From an uncultured Bacteroidota bacterium (GTDB lineage Bacteria > Bacteroidota > Bacteroidia > AKYH767-A > OLB10), in contig CAADHD010000018.1 of assembly GCA_900696575.1 (NCBI GenBank), positions 151,106 through 215,105 on the forward strand: a stretch of DNA of 64,000 nucleotides, read 5' to 3'. Position 1 is the stretch's first letter. Each line of letters starts with the position of its first letter. A program made the translations under genes and the position numbers. Shown piece by piece: positions 39,934 through 49,636 of this stretch. The notes beneath the pieces were generated by a model. It saw only the letters and a list, made by a program, of their open reading frames with translations, ran no database searches and was not told the origin of the DNA.

Positions 39934-41286
39934 ATGAAAATCAACTATCCCATCAAGCTCCTCATTATTCTGGCTATTACAGTAAAAGGCATTCATGCCA
40001 ATGCGCAGATTGAAAACCTTATTGTAGAAACTTATTATATCAGCGACTCATTAGACGCTACCGACAGTACGCAGGGGCGTACCATAGAACCTGGCTCGGT
40101 TACCTATCGTGTATATCTTGATCTTGCTGCCGGAAGTAAAATTAAAAAAATTTACGGAGATCAGAATCATCCGCTCATTATAAGAAGCACGGAAGATTTA
40201 TATAATAACATTGATCGCCCAAACGCCTATTTCGGCTATTTGATAAACCGAAATTGGTTTTCCGGCAATCCAACTATTAGCCTTGACAGTTGGCTAACAC
40301 TGGGTATTGCCTGCCGGCTTTCCTCCACACAATACTATGGTGTATTAAAAACAGAAGATACAGATGGCTCCTTCGTTGGTGGAAGTAACAATCAGGGAGG
40401 CACCAGCGGTATTCCCGGAGGCATATTGGTGAACAATGATCCCGAAGCCGGAATACCTTTAACGGTTGCTGATGGATATTTATCAGGAGCATCTCCTGCA
40501 GGCCAGTGGTTTGATTACGGTTTTTTTGATGCATCTCTCGGTCACGATACCACCGTTTTCGGATCGCTCTATACAGGTAAAGAATTCAACAGCCGTATAG
40601 CCGTACTTCAACAGGGCGATGGAGTAGCAGGCATAACGGCTGATAATATCGTGTTGGTGGCCCAGGTAACCACCAAAGGACAATTGTCTTTTGAACTGAA
40701 TGTTCAGCTTGAAGAAGCGGATGGTACTATTGTGCATTATGTGGCTGATGATTCAGTGCTTATTAATACTTCTGTACCTCTTTATATTGAGCGTCTTAGT
40801 CCGTTTCTTAAATACCCTCCTGTTTGTGGTTGTTTAAACACCGACTACCTTGAATACAGCGCGGCTAATGCCTGTGAAAATAATGACTCTTGCAAAACAT
40901 TAATCGTTTTCGGTTGCATGGATCCGCTTGCCTGTAATTACAACGCTGAGGCTAACTATAACATAAAGGAACTCTGCTGTTATCCGGGATTGTGTGCCGA
41001 CAGAGATATTGAAGTGGTTTGTCCGTCATTAAAGAAGGCAAGACTTTTGGTTTCACCGAATCCTGCCGGAAATCAGATTGTATGGAACTTGATTGGCCCG
41101 GATAATGAGGACGGTTTTTTCACTATCTATAATGTTTCGGGAGAAAAAATGCTTCAGGGGAATTGGTCATCTGTATCCGAAGAACACGTGTTAGAGGTAG
41201 GAAGATTGCCGGAAGGATTTTACATTTTACAGGTGATGACCCAAAAAGGACTTTCACTGCATCAGTCATTCGTTATTTCACGATGA
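39934..41286 (+). CDS. T9SS cargo protein: uncharacterised domain (copy 3) + Cys-rich GCMDP.ACNY repeats + CTD
   Basis: Signal peptide A|Q; domain motifs; CGCLNTDYLEY / FGCMDPLACNYN; CTD VSPNPAG...LPEGFYILQV. Confidence 0.85.
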   Translation: MKINYPIKLLIILAITVKGIHANAQIENLIVETYYISDSLDATDSTQGRTIEPGSVTYRVYLDLAAGSKIKKIYGDQNHPLIIRSTEDLYNNIDRPNAYFGYLINRNWFSGNPTISLDSWLTLGIACRLSSTQYYGVLKTEDTDGSFVGGSNNQGGTSGIPGGILVNNDPEAGIPLTVADGYLSGASPAGQWFDYGFFDASLGHDTTVFGSLYTGKEFNSRIAVLQQGDGVAGITADNIVLVAQVTTKGQLSFELNVQLEEADGTIVHYVADDSVLINTSVPLYIERLSPFLKYPPVCGCLNTDYLEYSAANACENNDSCKTLIVFGCMDPLACNYNAEANYNIKELCCYPGLCADRDIEVVCPSLKKARLLVSPNPAGNQIVWNLIGPDNEDGFFTIYNVSGEKMLQGNWSSVSEEHVLEVGRLPEGFYILQVMTQKGLSLHQSFVISR

Positions 41287-41290
41287 AGCC

Positions 41291-42046
41291 ATGATAAAAT
41301 CAGCAAAACCTTTTTTTATATCGTTGTCATTTTGGATGGCGGCTATTGCTATGTTACTTTTTTCCGGCTGTGGAAAAGAAGTGAAAGAAATAGAAGATCC
41401 TGTTTTTGAAAAAGGAACGGTAACGGATATGGAAGGCAACATCTATGAAACAGTAAAAATCGGAAATCAATGGTGGATGGCTGAAAATCTGAAGAGCACC
41501 AAATTCCGTGATGGTTCGGACATTACCTTTATATCAAGACTTAACCCGGTTCGGTGGGATACCATTAATTCCTCTGCTTATAGCCAATACGAAGATAATC
41601 CTTCAGCGCCCGGGTTGCTTTATAACTGGTATGCGGTGAGTGATGCACGCGGACTTGCTCCTGAAGGATGGCGGATAGCAACTGATGAAGACTGGAAAGA
41701 ATTGGAAAGACATGCAGGCATGAGCAATGACGAGGCGGATGGACTTGCGTGGAGGGGCACTTATGAAGGCGACCACCTTAAAGTAAAAGCCCCGGAAGGG
41801 TGGACGCTGTTCGGTACTGTTTGGGGAGATAATAAAACAGGCTTTGCTGCCCTTGGCGGAAGCTGCCGTTTATTCAACGGGAATTTTGGCATACCGGGAT
41901 TAAAACAATCCGGGTTCTGGTGGACTTCTTCTTCTTTTGAAAACGGCCAGGCCTGGTACCGTTATCTCGATTACAAGAAATCGCAGGTGTTTCGTTCGCA
42001 TATAATGCATTCTTATGGTATGAGTGTGCGTTGCGTAAAAAACTAA
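41291..42046 (+). CDS. FISUMP (Fibrobacter succinogenes major paralogous domain) lipoprotein
   Basis: Lipobox FSGC; VTDMEGNIYETVKIGNQWWMAENL, GLLYNWYAV, PEGWRIA, GFWWTSS, GMSVRCVKN. Confidence 0.92.
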   Translation: MIKSAKPFFISLSFWMAAIAMLLFSGCGKEVKEIEDPVFEKGTVTDMEGNIYETVKIGNQWWMAENLKSTKFRDGSDITFISRLNPVRWDTINSSAYSQYEDNPSAPGLLYNWYAVSDARGLAPEGWRIATDEDWKELERHAGMSNDEADGLAWRGTYEGDHLKVKAPEGWTLFGTVWGDNKTGFAALGGSCRLFNGNFGIPGLKQSGFWWTSSSFENGQAWYRYLDYKKSQVFRSHIMHSYGMSVRCVKN

Positions 42047-42283
42047 TTTACCGTTTTGTAAAACTTGTTATCAGAAGCCGGTTGGCTTACTGACAATATT
42101 GTTAGAGCATACTACGGTTCAGAATTTCGTAACACAGGTCATATTGGCTTAAACTTACAAAGCACTTTCCATAATGAAACTGTAGTGAATCCGTAACCTT
42201 AGGATTTATTTAACTAAACACATGACAGGTTGGTTTGCGCTGCACATCAATGATGGTGTGTTAAACGAAAAAACAAAAACAAA

Positions 42284-43921
42284 ATGAAACAAAAAACAAA
42301 AACCAAATGGATCATGGTATCAGCACTTGGGCTGCTGATGTCATTCGGAAGCATGGCCCAATCCAACTTAGGCGCTGATTGCGGATGTCCTACACCCGTA
42401 TCATCGCGACCCACAGTAGCTCTTTCTACTCTTGCCGTTTCAGGCGGGGCAACGGACGGTGATCTTATTGCCAACAGTACCGTACTTACCTGCGACAAAA
42501 CATGGATTCTTGACAAAAAAATCTATGTGCCTGACGGGAAATCGCTCACCATCCAGGCCGGAACAGTGATTAAGGGAGTGGATACGATTACCATTCCTGC
42601 TAATGCTGTTGCATTGGTGGTATCAAGAGGCGGTAAAATTTTCGCTAACGGTACACCCACATGTCAGATTGTATTCACTGCCAATAGCGACAACCTTAGC
42701 GGAACCTATGGCATAGCCAATCGTGGCAAATGGGGCGGGGTAGTTGTTTGCGGGCGTGCGGTAAACAACATTGTAAGTTGCAATACGCTTTATGGGGGCA
42801 GCCCGGGCGTTGCTTTCCCTGAAGGTTTTTCAGCAGCTAATTCGCGCATTCTTTATGGAGGTTCTGATAATGATGACAACTCTGGTATCATGAGATATGT
42901 TTCTATTCGTCATGCCGGAGCTGTTATTTCAGCCGGTAACGAATTGAACGGATTAACACTTGGATCTGTTGGCCGCGGCACTACTGTTGAATATATTGAA
43001 GTGGTTTCGAATGATGATGATGGTGTTGAAGTATTCGGGGGTACCGTAAACCTCAAGTACATTTCAACTATGTTTCTTGCTGATGATGGTCTTGACTGGG
43101 ACCATGGTTGGGTTGGTAAAGCGCAGTTTATTTTCAACCTTCAGGCCGACAGTATTACAGCACCAACCGGAGATAACGGGTTTGAAGCCGATGCTACTGA
43201 CCAGAAAAACAATTCTGCAACTCCACGTTCGCATCCTGTCGTTTATAATGCAACAATGATTGGTTCCGGCAAACGCCTGAATGTTGCTGATAACAGCGGC
43301 CACAATGCTATTAACGCTAAAGAACTTACCGAAGGTGAAATTTACAATTCAGTATTCGCCAATTTCAACAGCGGATTGAATATGACTAAATCCTTGGGCA
43401 GTTCATCGGCCTGCGGTTCGCACCTAACCGAAGCTTACGATAACTGGATTGCAGGTTCACTTAAAATTCAATGCAACACTTTCTTTATGATGAATGATGC
43501 CAATAACGCCAGATTTCTTGTTCTTGATAACAGCCTGGCCAGTGTTACTCCGGCAGATGTTGCCAAATTTGATACAGACGGCAACCTGCGTCCTACAGGC
43601 ACCGCTCCGATACCCGGCTTTGATCATGTTTGGGCTATGAACTCCTCTACCAATGTGGTTTCTGATAAGTTTGATGCTGTTCCGAATCCGGCATTATCTA
43701 CTACCTGCACTCCTCCTAATGATGGCTTTTTTGTAAATGCAAATTATCGCGGGGCATTCGCTTCTACCGGAAAACCCTGGCTATCTCCATGGGCTTATGC
43801 CACTGTTCTGGGAGTTACTTCTAACCTGCAACCCTGTCCTACAGATATAAACGGAGATGGCATTACCAACAATGCTGACTTCCTGATTCTGCTTGGCCAG
43901 TTTAACCAGTCTTGTAACTAA
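42284..43921 (+). CDS. Secreted beta-helix (pectin-lyase-like) protein with C-terminal dockerin-like/EF-hand tail
   Basis: SPI signal A|Q; GKWGGVV, DDNSGIMRYVSIRHAG, NELNGLTLGSVGRGT, DDGVEVFGG, DDGLDWD repeats; tail CPTDINGDGITNNADFLILLGQFNQSC. Confidence 0.8.
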   Translation: MKQKTKTKWIMVSALGLLMSFGSMAQSNLGADCGCPTPVSSRPTVALSTLAVSGGATDGDLIANSTVLTCDKTWILDKKIYVPDGKSLTIQAGTVIKGVDTITIPANAVALVVSRGGKIFANGTPTCQIVFTANSDNLSGTYGIANRGKWGGVVVCGRAVNNIVSCNTLYGGSPGVAFPEGFSAANSRILYGGSDNDDNSGIMRYVSIRHAGAVISAGNELNGLTLGSVGRGTTVEYIEVVSNDDDGVEVFGGTVNLKYISTMFLADDGLDWDHGWVGKAQFIFNLQADSITAPTGDNGFEADATDQKNNSATPRSHPVVYNATMIGSGKRLNVADNSGHNAINAKELTEGEIYNSVFANFNSGLNMTKSLGSSSACGSHLTEAYDNWIAGSLKIQCNTFFMMNDANNARFLVLDNSLASVTPADVAKFDTDGNLRPTGTAPIPGFDHVWAMNSSTNVVSDKFDAVPNPALSTTCTPPNDGFFVNANYRGAFASTGKPWLSPWAYATVLGVTSNLQPCPTDINGDGITNNADFLILLGQFNQSCN

Positions 43922-43962
43922 TTTCATCAGCAACATTCTTAAACTGTAAAACAGATAATCTT

Positions 43963-46900
43963 ATGAAAAAGATGATGAAAAGCATCATGCTGGGTTTGGC
44001 CCTCATGATAACAGCTACAATGACCAAAGCCCAAGGAATTGAAAACGTGCAAGTGGAAATCTTTTATGTTTCCAATGCAGCCGATGCTGCCGGCAGTGCC
44101 GGTACGCTGCCTGCCGGATCTATCACCTACCGTATTTATGTGGATATGCTTCCGGGTTATAACTTCCAGGCGCTTTACGGATTGCCCGGTAAAGACACCC
44201 TGCGTGTTCAAACTTCCACTTCATTCTTCAATAATGAAGATTATGGCGGTACAACTCCTTCCATAAGCGTTACTAACGTGCGGAAAAATTCTGCTTTGCT
44301 CGATTCGTACTTCTCAGTTGGCGGAGCAGCCAACGGAAGAGTGGGAGTATTGAAAACAGAAGATACGGATGGGTCACCGGGTAATGCCGATAACATCCTT
44401 CAGAACAATGACCCCTATGCAGGAGGCATTCCAATTAATATCGGAACTACTACCAACACTACTGCACGTGATGGAATGATTCCCGGATCGCCTGTAGCCG
44501 TTACCTTTGTTGGTATCTCTGCTGCAGAGTTAGATGTCTTTGACGGTACAAGCCAGTCAGGAAACTTCTTCCAAACAGAGAACGGCTCCGTAGCTGCTCT
44601 TGGAGGTGCTACCGGCCCAACAGCAGCCAACCGTGTGTTGGTTGGACAGTTTACCACTGATGGAGTGTTCTCTTTTGCTCTGAACATTCAGATTGGAACT
44701 CCCGGTGGCGGTGTTGAAAATTATGTTCACTCAAACCCATCTGCCGGTGAATTTACTGCTCCTTTCCTTAAGCAGACTTTTGCCCCTCCCGGCTCCAACA
44801 CCCCTCCAACCATCAGTATTATTTCTCCGGTTAACGGCTCCAGTGTACTTGTTGGCTCTACCGTTACTATTGATGCCAATGCCAATGATGCTGACGGAAC
44901 CATTGATTCTGTTCAGTTCTTTGTTGATGCTGTTTATATCGGCTCTGATTTAACAGGCCCGAACCCTTATACCATTAACTGGACAGCTACCCTCGGCCCT
45001 CATACTTTGACTGCCCGTGCCTATGACAACAATGGAGCCTCCACGTTATCTTCAGGCATTAACATCAACGTAACCAGCAACCCTCCTCCGGCAGTTGCCA
45101 TTACTTCACCTGCCAACGGAGCATTGTTTACGGCACCAGCCATCGTTAGTATTTCTGCTACGGCTACCGATCCCAATGGTACTGTTGACTCAGTTCAGTT
45201 TTTTGTGAACAGCGTGTATGTAGGCTCTGACATTACTCCTCCTACTCCGTTTACTTTTGACTGGACAAGCGTTATTGGCACTGCCTCGCTTACCGCCCGC
45301 GCATGGGATAATAACGGAGCCTCTACACTTTCGGCTGCCGTTAATATCAACATCCTTGATCCAAATGCCCTGGGATACAAAGTAACTACTGTTGTAGCAA
45401 ACTGTTCTCAGAATTTGTTCTGTATTCCCGTAACTGCTGTGGATACGGTTGACAATATCATTGGTTATGATGTTGTACTTGATTATGATGAGAATAAAGT
45501 TACTCCTACAGGCGTAATTTCTGTAAGCAATGCTTTGATCAATCCGACATGGACATCAACGGCTCATAGTATTAATTCTGTAAACGGCACTATGAACATT
45601 TCTGTTTTCTTCAATGCCAATGCTCCTTCCAATGCTAAATTTCAGGGAACAGGCGATATCTTTTGTGTTCAGTTTTCAAAGAACATCACTTTCGGTATTG
45701 CTGACACCGCTGACTTCTCTGTTACGCAGCTTCAGGAAAGTTATGCTAACGGAGTTCAGCAACAATTGGCCGATGCTGGAAAGTTTATTACTTTCTCGGA
45801 TACTGATTTGGATGGTAAACTGAAATTCTGGTTCGATAGCAGTCCGATTAAATACGATGCTTTTAACCCTGCTGCGCACCTTATTACCAATATCTATGGC
45901 AACGACAATACCTGCGCTAACCGTTCAGCTACGGCTGTTCAGCCCGACCTCAATGGCGATTTCACGTACGATACTCAAAACGGTTCGCATGTCGAAATCA
46001 TTAAAGACATTGCAGGTACTACCGATGTGCAGCCCGTTGTAAATGGTTTTGATGCCTTCCTTACCCGTCTGGTATTGATTAACGACTTGTCTTTTATTCC
46101 CACCATTTTCCAGATTATCTCTATGGATGTTAACACCGATGGGGTGGTAAGTGCGGGCGACCTTTCGCAGATTAACCAACGTGCCGTCTTGCAAATTCCC
46201 GAATTCAAACAAAGCTGGAATTATGACATCAACGGTTTACCTCTCGGTCCGCCTTCTAAAGACTGGCTCTTCGTCAATCAGTCAACCTTGAACAGCAATC
46301 TGGCTTATCAAATCTCATCTACCTATCCGGGCAATGACGGAGTGGGTTATTCAAAATCCAATGTTCCGCAAGTGCCTTTCTGTTTGCCTGTTCCTTCTAT
46401 TATACTTAGTGGATGTGTACAGATTCAGGATGCCACTTATTTTGGTATGTTGCTCGGAGATGTTAACGGAAACTTTGCTACGGTTGTTCCTAACAGCGAG
46501 TTCCGTGCAGGCAACGACAAAGTAGTGTTTGACATGGAAAAAGCCCGCATTGAAAACGGATACTTGGATGTACCGGTTTCTTTTGTAAGCAATGAAAAAG
46601 TTCATGCCATTGACTTTGCCCTGCAGTTTGATAACAGCAAACTGGAGTTCAACACCATCGTAAATCACAATAGCGATTTACAGGTGCTGGCTAACATGAA
46701 CACGGTGGACAACACGCTTCGCTTTACTTCCAACAGTCTTGTTACTGTGGCTGAAAACAGCACTCCTGTTTCTGTTCGTTTTGCCCTTAAGTCAAATGCA
46801 GTTACAGCAAATGACCTTTCAGCCGTAAGCGCTTTCCTTAACGGTGAGCGTACAGGCGCTGAAGTGAAAGGCGCTCAGTTAACGACTGATTTCAGTGGCG

Positions 46901-47130
46901 TAATGGTTAATGTGTTTCCCAACCCCGCCCATGAAATGCTTAATGTAACCGTGTCAGAAGATGCTTCTGTTCAGCTTCTCGACATCACCGGAAAACAGAT
47001 TCTTGTTGAGAAAAACATACTGGCCGGTGAAGCTCATCAACTTGATATACGTACGCTTGCCAAAGGCGTGTATGTACTGAAAGTGTTTAACAAAGGCTTT
47101 ATTTCATTGAATAAAGTGGTTCTTAATTAA
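43963..47130 (+). CDS. Scaffoldin-like T9SS cargo: uncharacterised domain (copy 4) + 2x Ig-like (Big_7) + cohesin + dockerin-like + cohesin + CTD
   Basis: PPTISIISP..DADGTIDSVQF..TLTARAYDNNGA x2; IPVTAV..IIGYDVVLDYD..GTGDIFCVQF; VNGFDAFL..DVNTDGVVSAGDL; VPVSF..AIDFALQFD; VFPNPAHE..LAKGVYVLKV. Confidence 0.8.
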   Translation: MKKMMKSIMLGLALMITATMTKAQGIENVQVEIFYVSNAADAAGSAGTLPAGSITYRIYVDMLPGYNFQALYGLPGKDTLRVQTSTSFFNNEDYGGTTPSISVTNVRKNSALLDSYFSVGGAANGRVGVLKTEDTDGSPGNADNILQNNDPYAGGIPINIGTTTNTTARDGMIPGSPVAVTFVGISAAELDVFDGTSQSGNFFQTENGSVAALGGATGPTAANRVLVGQFTTDGVFSFALNIQIGTPGGGVENYVHSNPSAGEFTAPFLKQTFAPPGSNTPPTISIISPVNGSSVLVGSTVTIDANANDADGTIDSVQFFVDAVYIGSDLTGPNPYTINWTATLGPHTLTARAYDNNGASTLSSGININVTSNPPPAVAITSPANGALFTAPAIVSISATATDPNGTVDSVQFFVNSVYVGSDITPPTPFTFDWTSVIGTASLTARAWDNNGASTLSAAVNINILDPNALGYKVTTVVANCSQNLFCIPVTAVDTVDNIIGYDVVLDYDENKVTPTGVISVSNALINPTWTSTAHSINSVNGTMNISVFFNANAPSNAKFQGTGDIFCVQFSKNITFGIADTADFSVTQLQESYANGVQQQLADAGKFITFSDTDLDGKLKFWFDSSPIKYDAFNPAAHLITNIYGNDNTCANRSATAVQPDLNGDFTYDTQNGSHVEIIKDIAGTTDVQPVVNGFDAFLTRLVLINDLSFIPTIFQIISMDVNTDGVVSAGDLSQINQRAVLQIPEFKQSWNYDINGLPLGPPSKDWLFVNQSTLNSNLAYQISSTYPGNDGVGYSKSNVPQVPFCLPVPSIILSGCVQIQDATYFGMLLGDVNGNFATVVPNSEFRAGNDKVVFDMEKARIENGYLDVPVSFVSNEKVHAIDFALQFDNSKLEFNTIVNHNSDLQVLANMNTVDNTLRFTSNSLVTVAENSTPVSVRFALKSNAVTANDLSAVSAFLNGERTGAEVKGAQLTTDFSGVMVNVFPNPAHEMLNVTVSEDASVQLLDITGKQILVEKNILAGEAHQLDIRTLAKGVYVLKVFNKGFISLNKVVLN

Positions 47131-47156
47131 AGCAAGGGAACGTTTAGCCCCCTGAG

Positions 47157-47198
47157 AAAATGCCCCGGCAAGTTTAGCGGCCGGGGCTTTTCTTTTTT
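47157..47198. terminator. Bidirectional intrinsic terminator
   Basis: GAAAAT-GCCCCGGC...GCCGGGGC-TTTTCTTTTTT between convergent operons. Confidence 0.75.
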
Positions 47199-47234
47199 CT
47201 TACGTTGCCGTTTGTATCATTAAAAACGATCTGA

Positions 47235-48563
47235 TTAAACCCGCTTAATAAAATCACTGTACCATCTACCCGAATTTTTTATTGTTCGCTTTAATGTTTC
47301 AAAATTCACATACACCAATCCGAAGCGTGGATGATATCCCTCACTCCATTCAAAATTATCGGTAAGCGACCACACAAAATAGCCTGAGACCGGACATCCT
47401 TCTTCTTTGGCTTTCAGCATCTGCTCAATGTAATGCTGTAGAAAATGGATTCGGTTATCGTCATTTACTTTGCCGTTTTCAATCGTATCATTAAAAGCGG
47501 CTCCATTTTCTGTTACGATGACTTGCCGGAAACCGTATTGACTGAATTTTTTTATCATGGCATAAAGTGATTCAGGATAAACTTCCCAGTTGAGTACGGT
47601 ATGATAAACCTTTCGTTCATGAGCAGGTACCGGCTTTCCGTTAAGAAAAGGAATATACCAGGCATGCCTGATAACCTCGCGGGTATAATTCTGTATTCCG
47701 ATAAAATCAAGCGGAGCGGTCATACGGATCTCATCGCCCGCTCTCATAATTTTTTCAACACGTTTCAGAAAAGGCAAATCCTTTACAGGATAACCCAGTC
47801 CGGCAGCAGGCTCTGCGAATAGCCGGTTAAGCAAGGCATCAAAACGGTGTGCTGCTTTTATATCTTTCTCTTTGGTTGAAAACGGTGTAATGTGCGAACA
47901 GGAAAAAGTTGAACCAATTAAATGCTGTTCTCCATACGAACGGATAACCCGTACTCCTTCGGCAAGGCTCAGCACTGCATGGTGCATGGCAGGAATAAAA
48001 TTTTTTAAGCCGCGTTTGCCGGGAGCATGAATGCCTAAGAAATACCCGGCTCCGGTAAATGCCATCGGCTCATTCAATACCATCCAGTGATTGGCCTTAT
48101 CTTGAAAATTTTTAAGACATACCTGTACATAATTGCAAAACCAGCTTACGATATCCCTGTTAACCCATCCTCCCTTTTCCTGCAGGGCCTGAGGCAAATC
48201 CCAGTGATAAAGCGTAACCCAAGGAGTTATGCCCCGCACCTGACAGGCATCCAGCACTCGGTGATAAAAACCCAGACCTTTTTGATTTACTGCCCCTGTG
48301 CCATCCGGAATAATTCTCGGCCACGAAAATGAAAACCGGAAATGGCGAATTCCAAGCTGATAAATAATATCCAGGTCTTCTTCAAAGCGGTAATAAAATT
48401 CCGTAGCCCTGTGTGCATGATGGCCGTTACGGATTTTCCTTTTCCGGCCGGTAAACACATCCCAGATGCTCAAGCCTTTTCCATCTTCCAGATAGGCGCC
48501 TTCCGTCTGAAAAGCAGAAGAAGCAACTCCCCAAATGAAATTGTTATTACCCTTTATAAGCAT
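47235..48563 (-). CDS. Beta-glucosidase (GH1)
   Basis: WGVASSAFQTEGA, RFSFSWPRI, TLYHWDLP, NEP acid/base, VTENG nucleophile, DNFEW. Confidence 0.95.
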   Translation of the reverse strand: MLIKGNNNFIWGVASSAFQTEGAYLEDGKGLSIWDVFTGRKRKIRNGHHAHRATEFYYRFEEDLDIIYQLGIRHFRFSFSWPRIIPDGTGAVNQKGLGFYHRVLDACQVRGITPWVTLYHWDLPQALQEKGGWVNRDIVSWFCNYVQVCLKNFQDKANHWMVLNEPMAFTGAGYFLGIHAPGKRGLKNFIPAMHHAVLSLAEGVRVIRSYGEQHLIGSTFSCSHITPFSTKEKDIKAAHRFDALLNRLFAEPAAGLGYPVKDLPFLKRVEKIMRAGDEIRMTAPLDFIGIQNYTREVIRHAWYIPFLNGKPVPAHERKVYHTVLNWEVYPESLYAMIKKFSQYGFRQVIVTENGAAFNDTIENGKVNDDNRIHFLQHYIEQMLKAKEEGCPVSGYFVWSLTDNFEWSEGYHPRFGLVYVNFETLKRTIKNSGRWYSDFIKRV

Positions 48564-48590
48564 GCAGGCAAAGATGATGCACCTGCTGTG

Positions 48591-49631
48591 TTATCGGAAA
48601 AGTCTGTATTCGGTGTGGCGGCTTACATAAGGAACAGCCTTTTCTGTATGATGGTTTTCCATGATAGTAGCAATGATTTCCTGTACATGGTCAGGATAAT
48701 TTACCTCAATCATGCTCTTGCGGTCAATCCAATCGTTTATCTTTTCATAATGTTTTTTCTTCAGGCTTTTTATCACTTTAACACCCATGGATTTAAGCAT
48801 GGCGGCATTACAATGCTGCTCATACTGCATCTTCATGGGGATGACTAACATTTTCTTATTCAGAAAAAGTGCCTCGGAAGTGGTTCCAAAACCTGCATTG
48901 CAAAGAATGCCTTCGCATGATGCCAGACTTTTTACAAACCGCTCATGTTCCAATGGCCATACACGGACATTTTTTTCGCGGTGTTTCTTTTTACAGTGTT
49001 TTGAGAATACCTGCCATTCGCATTTTTTAAAACGCGTAAGGTGTTTGCTGATTCTGTCATCATCATAGCTGGGAAGATAAACCGTAAAGTGTCCTTCATT
49101 ACTCACTTGCTGCTCACGGATTTCTTTACGGATAACGGGAGTGAAAATGTTTTTGTCGAGCCGTTTATAATGAAAACCATAATTGACTGTGGTTGGGGCG
49201 TAATGATCGAGCACCATTTTGCCCAATAGATCATTCGATTTCGGTTTAGGTGCCAGCGGATGCAAGGTGGCGATCTGATTGCTCAGTCCTATGCAGGTTC
49301 TTTTTGCCATCAGGCATGCCCATGACGATACCGGCTCAAAATCGCTGATGACCATGTCGTATTGCTCCACATTCAGGCTTCGGATTTCTTTAAGCAGCCG
49401 CAGGGAGTTCATGCGCAGGTATGTTTGCCATACATTGATGCCTCCAGTTTTACCAAAGATGAATGACAAACCCTGCAAACGGTATTTCACTTCAAAAGGC
49501 AGAGGCAAATCAGCCTGAATGCCGCTGAGTAATACATCGGTTTCTCCATATTTTTTAAGAGCGGGAACAATATCCATGGCACGGGTCAGGTGGCCGTTTC
49601 CGGTGGCTTGTATGGCATAAAGTATTTTCAT
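48591..49631 (-). CDS. Glycosyltransferase, MJ1255/VC2487-like GT-B family
   Basis: MKILYAIQATGNGHLTRA, ISDFEP, CNAGFGTTSEAL, QYEQHCNA. Confidence 0.85.
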   Translation of the reverse strand: MKILYAIQATGNGHLTRAMDIVPALKKYGETDVLLSGIQADLPLPFEVKYRLQGLSFIFGKTGGINVWQTYLRMNSLRLLKEIRSLNVEQYDMVISDFEPVSSWACLMAKRTCIGLSNQIATLHPLAPKPKSNDLLGKMVLDHYAPTTVNYGFHYKRLDKNIFTPVIRKEIREQQVSNEGHFTVYLPSYDDDRISKHLTRFKKCEWQVFSKHCKKKHREKNVRVWPLEHERFVKSLASCEGILCNAGFGTTSEALFLNKKMLVIPMKMQYEQHCNAAMLKSMGVKVIKSLKKKHYEKINDWIDRKSMIEVNYPDHVQEIIATIMENHHTEKAVPYVSRHTEYRLFR

Positions 49632-49636
49632 GGTGT

